DNA from: a virus
Taxonomy: Duplodnaviria > Caudoviricetes
Virus record (IMG/VR): IMGVR_UViG_3300020419_000010
Coordinates: 1 to 64,000 of that record
Length of the DNA: 64,000 nucleotides
Reading direction: 5' to 3' (one strand)
Part shown: one piece after another, positions 37,181 through 43,151 of the stretch
Layout: the number at the start of each line of letters is the position of its first letter
Position numbering within the stretch: the first letter of the stretch is position 1
Notes under the pieces: generated by a model
The model's database searches: none
What the model was told of the DNA's origin: nothing
What the model saw: the letters and a program-made list of their open reading frames with translations, nothing else
Made by a program: the position numbers and the translations under genes

Positions 37181-37393
37181 ATGACTGAACAGATTTATAG
37201 AGTACTGGTATCTAAACAAATAGAATACTCAGTTGAAGTTGAAGCGGAGAATCCACAGGAAGCAATGGAACTAATAGAAGAAGAGATACAAGAGAATGAA
37301 GGTATCTACAACTATGAGATCGAAGCATCATGTGAAGAGTTCAATGTAACATCAGCAGAACTACATGATGGATACTATGTGACAGCATCATAA
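37181..37393 (+). CDS. Highly acidic small early protein
   Basis: YSVEVEAENPQEAMELIEEEIQE; stop lies within dyad 6. Confidence 0.75.
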   Translation: MTEQIYRVLVSKQIEYSVEVEAENPQEAMELIEEEIQENEGIYNYEIEASCEEFNVTSAELHDGYYVTAS

Positions 37394-37456
37394 GTGTCTA
37401 CTTTTTGTTTAAATTGCCCTTATAGTCCATTATAATAATATTAATGATTCAACCAC
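37378..37456 (+). promoter_or_regulatory. Early cassette promoter 6
   Basis: TGTGACA-N10-TGTCTAC 37378-37401, TATAAT 37431, CAACCAC 37450, ATG 37461. Confidence 0.85.
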
Positions 37457-37460
37457 TATC

Positions 37461-37622
37461 ATGAAGAAATTAAACATCACAGTCACATCAGGTCAGTACA
37501 ACCTATTATGGTTAATGATCGCAGAGCATGGCGAACAGATCGTTGCTAATTCCAATGGAGACATGGATATGCAGACTTTCGATAATCTATTTGATGCAGT
37601 ATGTCAGGCGGATTATGTGTAA
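37461..37622 (+). CDS. Small early protein (53 aa, not in ORF track)
   Basis: MKKLNITVTSGQYNLLWLMIAEHGEQ...; directly after CAACCAC. Confidence 0.75.
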   Translation: MKKLNITVTSGQYNLLWLMIAEHGEQIVANSNGDMDMQTFDNLFDAVCQADYV

Positions 37623-37845
37623 TAGAGGAATTCCACCAATAAGGAAAACAAGTCCTAGAAAGTACTTAGAGGGAGATCACTACCTCGATTATAAACTTAC
37701 TTTCGATCAAGTAGAAGAAATACTTGATTCAATCGAGTGGATAGCAGAGGAGAATGAAGAACACATGAAGGTTCTAATATCCGCCTATTACGCTCTAAGA
37801 GACCAAAACGGTTACACTATACCAAAAGAATGGAGGAACGGTTAA
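37615..37845 (+). CDS. Small early hypothetical protein
   Basis: 3' part of track ORF 37528..37845; ATG 37615 overlaps the upstream stop. Confidence 0.6.
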   Translation: MCNRGIPPIRKTSPRKYLEGDHYLDYKLTFDQVEEILDSIEWIAEENEEHMKVLISAYYALRDQNGYTIPKEWRNG

Positions 37846-38111
37846 TGAATTTTAAAGAAGAGATTTATGAAATAGCATTCGGAGACAATGCTATAAACAG
37901 AGATTTTGATGAACTCGAAGTAATCGAGAGAATACAATCATATAGTGATGGGAGTAACCCAGTACTAATAGAGGAAGCATGGAATGAAGCAGAGGAACTA
38001 AACACTTCACTCAGAGAACTATCAGATCAGGACTTGATAGAATGCAGACAGGCATTAATTGATAGAACTAATCTTATTATGTCAGCACTTGATGAGATAG
38101 GAGTAGAATAA
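37830..38111 (+). CDS. Acidic early hypothetical protein
   Basis: FKEEIYEIAFGDNAINRDF; probable ATG at 37845. Confidence 0.7.
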   Translation: MEERLMNFKEEIYEIAFGDNAINRDFDELEVIERIQSYSDGSNPVLIEEAWNEAEELNTSLRELSDQDLIECRQALIDRTNLIMSALDEIGVE

Positions 38112-38359
38112 TGTCATATTGTGATGTATGTGGCAACTATGATGAGTCACATATCGAAGATATTAAAGAGAATATCAAAACAGTTCCAGATGAGGACTAT
38201 CAACCAGATTTATATTATTATTGGGATAGTTGGACAGGACTATGTGATGAGGATTATGACTGGCGAGAGAAATATCCAAAAGTTGACTGTATGTGTGAGA
38301 TCTGTTTTGATATAGCAAATCAAAATAAGGAAATCAAGTGGGAGTGTACCAGTTTATGA
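38111..38359 (+). CDS. Small Cys-rich (putative Zn-binding) early protein
   Basis: CDVC...CMCEIC; stop lies within dyad 7. Confidence 0.7.
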   Translation: MSYCDVCGNYDESHIEDIKENIKTVPDEDYQPDLYYYWDSWTGLCDEDYDWREKYPKVDCMCEICFDIANQNKEIKWECTSL

Positions 38360-38423
38360 GGTGTCACACATATTTCCCATTTAATGTAATTATCGGTTAT
38401 ATTAAATAATATAAGACAACCAC
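38345..38423 (+). promoter_or_regulatory. Early cassette promoter 7
   Basis: TGTACCA-N10-TGTCACA 38345-38368, TATATT 38398, CAACCAC 38417, ATG 38431. Confidence 0.8.
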
Positions 38424-38430
38424 AGAAATT

Positions 38431-38628
38431 ATGAGCAGTTTAACTAATACAGCAATCTTTGAAGATATTGCAGACAAGTGGGATATAGTAGAATGCACCA
38501 ACGGAGTTGGAGTATTTGAACTCACTTATGAAGGAGAGCATACAGGAGACACATTCGACACCGAAGCAGAGTGTTGGCACTTCATTAAGCACGCAGTTTA
38601 CAATGAATTTGATTCAAGGTGTGAGTGA
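38431..38628 (+). CDS. Small acidic early protein
   Basis: 65 aa; single-gene cassette. Confidence 0.75.
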   Translation: MSSLTNTAIFEDIADKWDIVECTNGVGVFELTYEGEHTGDTFDTEAECWHFIKHAVYNEFDSRCE

Positions 38629-38641
38629 GACAGTTGAGACT

Positions 38642-38719
38642 TGTGACAGTCTATATACTGACCACACACCGCCCACTTTGCCCTTTTAGTCCATTACAAT
38701 AGAAACATACAACAACCAC
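38642..38719 (+). promoter_or_regulatory. Early cassette promoter 8
   Basis: TGTGACA-N10-TGACCAC 38642-38665, TACAAT 38695, CAACCAC 38713, ATG 38726. Confidence 0.8.
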
Positions 38720-38725
38720 AGAAAA

Positions 38726-38926
38726 ATGCCACAATTCAAATATACAATCGAAACACCAAAATTATTCAAAAGTGAGGTTTTTACAGATGATTTACAGAAA
38801 GCAGAAGATTTATGTTTTGACATGGGTCTTGACTACGAGTATTCTTGTGTTAGAGATAATGCCACAGGCGAAATTGTTTACGAAATGGGGAATGTTATGG
38901 GTTTAGTTGAGGAGGGCATAGTATAA
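38726..38926 (+). CDS. Small early hypothetical protein
   Basis: 66 aa after CAACCAC. Confidence 0.75.
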   Translation: MPQFKYTIETPKLFKSEVFTDDLQKAEDLCFDMGLDYEYSCVRDNATGEIVYEMGNVMGLVEEGIV

Positions 38927-39180
38927 TGTCAGCATTTAATAGACTCAATCATCTAAAAGAGTTAACAACACCAGTTATAGACGATAATGCAGGCACTATC
39001 TCAGTCACATTTACATTTGACGAGTTACACGCATTTCAGCAACACGTTGATTGGTGCATTTATGAGCAAGATCAACCAGTAAATGATAATTTACAGTCAT
39101 TTATTGATAAATTACTCTATAATAAGAGAAATACAGCACCTAAAATCAAGCAAGTTAATCTACCGAAGGAGGAATGGTAA
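38926..39180 (+). CDS. Small early hypothetical protein
   Basis: 84 aa, TAATG coupling, GAGG upstream. Confidence 0.7.
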   Translation: MSAFNRLNHLKELTTPVIDDNAGTISVTFTFDELHAFQQHVDWCIYEQDQPVNDNLQSFIDKLLYNKRNTAPKIKQVNLPKEEW

Positions 39181-39181
39181 A

Positions 39182-39421
39182 ATGAGTTTTGAAACATGGT
39201 TAAAACAATGCCCTGACCCTAGTAGATTCGCAACTGAATATGTTGATATTAGGTCAGATATTCAGAACGTAATTGATACTTATGACCGCCCAGAGTGGAA
39301 GAAGATCAACTTTAATAAGGATAAATTAGATGATCTAGTTTATCAAGTTTACGATCAAGACTGGTCAGAGTGGAACGATTTTATTGCTTATTTAATAGAC
39401 AATGAGGTTACATGGTCATGA
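39182..39421 (+). CDS. Small early hypothetical protein
   Basis: MSFETWLKQCP...; GGAGG upstream of ATG 39182. Confidence 0.7.
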   Translation: MSFETWLKQCPDPSRFATEYVDIRSDIQNVIDTYDRPEWKKINFNKDKLDDLVYQVYDQDWSEWNDFIAYLIDNEVTWS

Positions 39422-39585
39422 ATGAAAAGTTATTCAAACAAATAAGATTTCCTACAAGAGAGAAATTACTTGAATATCGTTATGAACAGTTCCAAGAGTG
39501 GTTAAATAAATGCCCACTTGTTGTAACAGATTATCAGGATTTTACAGATCGTTTTCAAGTTACTTTCGATTTGGAAGCAGACTAA
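39412..39585 (+). CDS. Small early protein (~57 aa, not in ORF track)
   Basis: MVMNEKLFKQIRFPTREKLLEYRYEQFQEWLNKCP...; shares F..WL..CP with the preceding ORF. Confidence 0.65.
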   Translation: MVMNEKLFKQIRFPTREKLLEYRYEQFQEWLNKCPLVVTDYQDFTDRFQVTFDLEAD

Positions 39586-39588
39586 ATA
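39581..39588 (+). promoter_or_regulatory. Late-type promoter ACTAAATA inside the early region
   Basis: Same octamer as those before the late genes at 45373 and 50237. Confidence 0.45.
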
Positions 39589-39590
39589 CA

Positions 39591-39779
39591 ATCGGCATGA
39601 GGTGGGTACACTATACGATTCCCTATCTGTAAGTCCGATATGATACGAAATCGTATCACTAGGCAGTAAGCATACGAACTTTAAAACACCAACTTTAATT
39701 AGATGTGGCAGTTGCAATCTTACATAAGACCTAATCAAAGACCTTACCATAAAGAGAATTAAATTTGTTATGTGGTTGT
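39591..39779 (+). ncRNA. Candidate structured non-coding RNA
   Basis: No + strand ORF over 20 codons; helices AUCGG/CCGAU, AGGUGGG/CCUAUCU, perfect inverted repeat UGAUACGA/UCGUAUCA, UAGG/CCUA, GUAAG/CUUAC, CAACU/AGUUG. Confidence 0.55.
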
Positions 39780-39852
39780 GACAGTTTAATTACTTACACA
39801 TGGTGAGGTCTTTTTTCACCTTTATATGATTATAATAGAATCAAACAACCAC
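39777..39852 (+). promoter_or_regulatory. Early cassette promoter 9
   Basis: TGTGACA-N10-TTACACA 39777-39800, hairpin GGTGA..TCACC 39802-39820, TATAAT 39831, CAACCAC 39846, ATG 39859. Confidence 0.85.
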
Positions 39853-39858
39853 AGGATT

Positions 39859-40227
39859 ATGAGCAAATTAAACACTTATCAGCAATTAGTAGTAGATGCA
39901 ATCAATACATACGGAAGCGGAGACTGGAAAAATTGGATCTCAGTTCATTATGTTCATGAGTCAGGTTACTCAAATATTATATGTCATTCTGAAATAATAG
40001 GTAAAGTATTCTATGAGTATAAGAAGAGAGACCTAGACATGGAAGAGTACACAGAAATAATAATGGATAAGACTAAGAAAGCACCAGTTGATGTAATTTT
40101 CATGATGGATAGAAAAGGAGCAGAGGAGAGTTTTAACGAAACACAGATAACCAGATACAGAAATATGTTTGTAAAGCAAGGTTTCACAGTTGTTAATGTA
40201 CATAAGAAAGCATTAGCACAATATTAA
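39859..40227 (+). CDS. Early hypothetical protein
   Basis: MSKLNTYQQLVVDA...; start reassigned to the ATG after CAACCAC. Confidence 0.75.
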   Translation: MSKLNTYQQLVVDAINTYGSGDWKNWISVHYVHESGYSNIICHSEIIGKVFYEYKKRDLDMEEYTEIIMDKTKKAPVDVIFMMDRKGAEESFNETQITRYRNMFVKQGFTVVNVHKKALAQY

Positions 40228-40245
40228 TCAAAATACAGGTGTGAG

Positions 40246-40321
40246 TGTGACAGTTATATTAGTGTCACTTCGCACCAGAAAACACCTCTATATTCGCTAT
40301 AATATAGACATAAGCAACCAC
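40246..40321 (+). promoter_or_regulatory. Early cassette promoter 10
   Basis: TGTGACA-N10-TGTCACT 40246-40269, TATAAT 40298, CAACCAC 40315, ATG 40337. Confidence 0.88.
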
Positions 40322-40336
40322 ACAGGAATTTTTAAA

Positions 40337-40663
40337 ATGAGAATCATTGAAAAGAACATGAACAGAGCAATCAGAGGTCAGAGAAATTGGGCATCTGGTA
40401 ATACAACTGTATTCACTACTGACAATGGTTTAGAGTCAACAGTATATCTACATGGCAATCATATCGCAACTTTCGATCATGTACATCAGAATCTTTATAT
40501 CTTTGATGGCGGTTGGCAGTCTAACACCACTAAGTCTAGACTCAATGCACTTTGCTATGAGTTCAACACAGGTTTCAAAGTTATTCAACGTGACTGGACA
40601 TGGTACTTAGTCAACTTCCTAGGCACTAAGCAGTTATTCAACTCAGGCATGGAGGTTGCATAA
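40337..40663 (+). CDS. Conserved phage early hypothetical protein
   Basis: MRIIEKNM...VYLHGNHIA...DGGWQSNTTKSRLNAL, a motif I recognise from phage early regions. Confidence 0.8.
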   Translation: MRIIEKNMNRAIRGQRNWASGNTTVFTTDNGLESTVYLHGNHIATFDHVHQNLYIFDGGWQSNTTKSRLNALCYEFNTGFKVIQRDWTWYLVNFLGTKQLFNSGMEVA

Positions 40664-40842
40664 TGTCAAATTTAGAATATGATGCAATGGCAGTAATGGA
40701 GCAAATACACATGGCAGAATCTAGGCATATGCAGATGGGTGCTTTATGTTCCTATCTACTACAATATCCTGATATGACAATCAGAGATTTCTTTGCAATG
40801 GCAAGTAAGGAATTAGAAGAGCAGGAGGAAGATTTATGTTAA
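40663..40842 (+). CDS. Small early protein (59 aa, not in ORF track)
   Basis: MSNLEYDAMAVMEQIH...; GGAGG upstream, TAATG coupling. Confidence 0.7.
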   Translation: MSNLEYDAMAVMEQIHMAESRHMQMGALCSYLLQYPDMTIRDFFAMASKELEEQEEDLC

Positions 40843-41033
40843 GAAGAGAAAAGTCATATTACTCAATCTTTGAACCAGTAAGGGAACTAATCGAAGAATA
40901 CGCAAACGATCATTTTTCAACATTTGGATACTATCCCGCCACAGTTCGATTATATCCACCAGTAGGCGAAGGATTACCGAGGGAATTAAGTTATGAAGAA
41001 TACCAGTTTATCATAACTGGAAAGGAAGTATAA
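40836..41033 (+). CDS. Small early hypothetical protein
   Basis: 65 aa, GGAGG upstream. Confidence 0.7.
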   Translation: MLRREKSYYSIFEPVRELIEEYANDHFSTFGYYPATVRLYPPVGEGLPRELSYEEYQFIITGKEV

Positions 41034-41061
41034 CACATTTTCAGAGTATTTCCCAATCGAG

Positions 41062-41149
41062 TGTGACGATTTTTTTAGTTGCACACCGCACCAGAGAAAG
41101 CACCCCAAACAGGTGCTTTTTATGGTACAATTAATATATAAGCAACCAC
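41062..41149 (+). promoter_or_regulatory. Early cassette promoter 11
   Basis: TGTGACG-N10-TTGCACA 41062-41085, TACAAT 41126, CAACCAC 41143, ATG 41161. Confidence 0.75.
41097..41121 (+). terminator. Rho-independent terminator-like hairpin embedded in cassette 11
   Basis: AAAGCACC-ccaaaca-GGTGCTTT running into a T tract. Confidence 0.55.
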
Positions 41150-41160
41150 AGGTAACACAC

Positions 41161-41505
41161 ATGAATTTATTTGACGCAGTTCCAGTTATCGTTAACGATA
41201 TGTTCTCAGGATACAGACCAGAGCAGAGCATATCCACAGGAGAGAAAGCAATGGCAGTAAAGAACAGTATATTAGCGACAGATTCGCTAGATTATGGTAA
41301 TATGAAGAGAGCGACATATTCGCATGTTCACACTATGGTATCGAACGCAATCGACCTATTAATAAACGATAAAGACACATTTTGGAATGTACTATATCCA
41401 GACAATCTAACACCAGAGCAGAAACTATCCCCACTATTCAGATATAACACACTATACGGAGATACAATCTATTCTACCGAAGTCCCAACACTAAAATTTC
41501 AGTAA
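41161..41505 (+). CDS. Early hypothetical protein
   Basis: MNLFDAVPVIV...; start after CAACCAC. Confidence 0.75.
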   Translation: MNLFDAVPVIVNDMFSGYRPEQSISTGEKAMAVKNSILATDSLDYGNMKRATYSHVHTMVSNAIDLLINDKDTFWNVLYPDNLTPEQKLSPLFRYNTLYGDTIYSTEVPTLKFQ

Positions 41506-41517
41506 GGAGCAATAACA

Positions 41518-41763
41518 ATGATTTTTAACTATGATGACTGTACATTTGAAGCATACGAGAGAGACGGATATATGTATTACAGAGAGGTTTCCCAAGGCGG
41601 AGACCCATTATACGACTTTATTAAGTTAGAGTGGCATCAGTTCGATTTTATCAACACCACAGAGGACTTAGTAGAGATATTAGAGGATATGGAGTCATGT
41701 TTCGATAATGTCATAAATACGCATGACCAGACAGAGCAAACACCTTATAGTTTTTATCATTAA
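41518..41763 (+). CDS. Acidic hypothetical protein
   Basis: 81 aa, AGGAG upstream. Confidence 0.7.
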   Translation: MIFNYDDCTFEAYERDGYMYYREVSQGGDPLYDFIKLEWHQFDFINTTEDLVEILEDMESCFDNVINTHDQTEQTPYSFYH

Positions 41764-42389
41764 TGAGCGACTCTACAATTAACTTATCCGATAGTCTCGA
41801 AACAGCGATTGATTTTGAGACTTATGGATTATTCATGATACCAGTTACAAAGTATTCAGCAACCGCACTTGTTGATGATGTTTTGAAGTGGGCAAGAAAT
41901 CAGGATTTTGTTAAACATGATAGGCAGGCAATTTCCCATAACATTCAACAAATCGGAGAGACTAACCAAATTTTAACAGATATACCAGAGTTAAAGGCAT
42001 TACTGTTAGAAGTGGCAAGAAAGCATAATGAAAGCGGATTAAACTATGCTAGTAATTTTGAGATAAGCGACTGTTACCTAGAAGTTGCACATCAGGGAGC
42101 GATTTATGCACCACATGAACACAGTAATTGCTTATTCTCAGGCACTTATTTTATATCATACGAGAAAGATGCACACAGTTATTTGAAATTCAAACGTAAT
42201 ACAATTTCAAATACATATCCTATTATGATGCTACCATACGAGAGCATGACCGCATTCAATTTACAGGAAGCGACAATCCCATACGCAGCAGGGGATATTG
42301 TGATTTATCCAAGTAACCTAACACATGGTTTTGACAGCAATCCAACAGACAATCGGATAACATTAACCTTTAATGTGATACCTATTTAA
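41763..42389 (+). CDS. TIGR02466-like putative 2OG-Fe(II) oxygenase
   Basis: LFMIPV, PHEHSNCLFSGTYFI, GDIVIYPSNLTHG, RITLTFN; CATAAATA late-like box at 41712. Confidence 0.85.
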   Translation: MSDSTINLSDSLETAIDFETYGLFMIPVTKYSATALVDDVLKWARNQDFVKHDRQAISHNIQQIGETNQILTDIPELKALLLEVARKHNESGLNYASNFEISDCYLEVAHQGAIYAPHEHSNCLFSGTYFISYEKDAHSYLKFKRNTISNTYPIMMLPYESMTAFNLQEATIPYAAGDIVIYPSNLTHGFDSNPTDNRITLTFNVIPI

Positions 42390-42446
42390 AATGTACAAAT
42401 AAATGTATGTGTGTGTTCAATAGGTCTCGGTACATTGCTACCTCGG

Positions 42447-42475
42447 ACTGTAACACATCAGGCGAGAGTTGTCAA
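42447..42475 (-). promoter_or_regulatory. Minus-strand sigma70-type promoter
   Basis: TTGACA-N17-TACAGT with extended TG on the minus strand. Confidence 0.55.
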
Positions 42476-42522
42476 GTAATGCGAGGAAATTCTGACAGTT
42501 CGCCCTGACTGTTTTGCCCCTC

Positions 42523-42550
42523 TTGACTCTACCGACAGATCTGGTATAAT
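42523..42550 (+). promoter_or_regulatory. Sigma70-type promoter
   Basis: TTGACT-N16-TATAAT with TGn extension. Confidence 0.6.
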
Positions 42551-42580
42551 ATATAATGAGCAGACTTTGCCCTGATCGCT

Positions 42581-42784
42581 TTGCCCTCTTTGACTTCGCT
42601 GGCAGTATTTCCCCCTGTTGTATTAGAGACAGTTCCCCCTGTTACTATTATAATAGGTAAATCTCATGCTGGTTACTATTGGAAGTATAATTATACAGGG
42701 TGCGAACCAATGGGGTATTTCTTTAATTACTCACAGGCATTGCAAGATGCTTTAACCTACTCAACTAAACACTATGCCGACTAA
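42581..42784 (+). CDS. Hypothetical protein (start uncertain)
   Basis: 67-aa ORF overlapping the next start. Confidence 0.45.
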   Translation: MPSLTSLAVFPPVVLETVPPVTIIIGKSHAGYYWKYNYTGCEPMGYFFNYSQALQDALTYSTKHYAD

Positions 42785-42962
42785 GTATAAATTACTACTA
42801 GACTTATACGACATGGGAGGGTTGCCACCTGATGAACAGATAGACCTTATCCAGTTCTTAATAGATACAGAGTTAAGGGAGGAGTTACACCAGTATGCAC
42901 CCATATGTGAGTATTTCATTCTAGAAGGACTATGTTATGATGTAGCAATTCATGATACATAA
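42774..42962 (+). CDS. Hypothetical protein
   Basis: EQIDLIQFLIDT...CEYFILEGLC. Confidence 0.7.
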   Translation: MPTKYKLLLDLYDMGGLPPDEQIDLIQFLIDTELREELHQYAPICEYFILEGLCYDVAIHDT

Positions 42963-43151
42963 GACAGTTAATTACAGTTGTTAATTAACACTTAGGACAG
43001 TTATTTCATGCTGTTTGTTATTATATTGGGTTGCCGATATAAAAGGGTTCCTAGTTCATAAGCTATAAAAGTATCCCAGAGGGGTAGATATAATTCGATT
43101 CTTTGTCAAAGTCTATATACAAAAAATTCCCCAGGTAGAAAATCACTCTCT

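Noticed and set aside
39597-39761. Three tiny + strand ORFs (MRWVHYTIPYL, MIRNRITRQ, MWQLQSY...) in the candidate ncRNA
   Set aside because: They are 9-19 codons with no convincing ribosome-binding sites; RNA structure explains the region better, though leader peptides cannot be excluded.
36084-39779. Assignment of the two structured elements to known ribozyme, riboswitch or tRNA families
   Set aside because: No hammerhead core, tRNA cloverleaf or T-loop, or motif I can recognise with confidence; an Infernal search is needed.
29598-41149. Dyad repeats as a CRISPR array or as CRP/NtcA sites
   Set aside because: Copies are degenerate and separated by 0.3-2.4 kb of genes rather than ~35-nt spacers; half-site spacing does not match TGTGA-N6-TCACA or GTA-N8-TAC.
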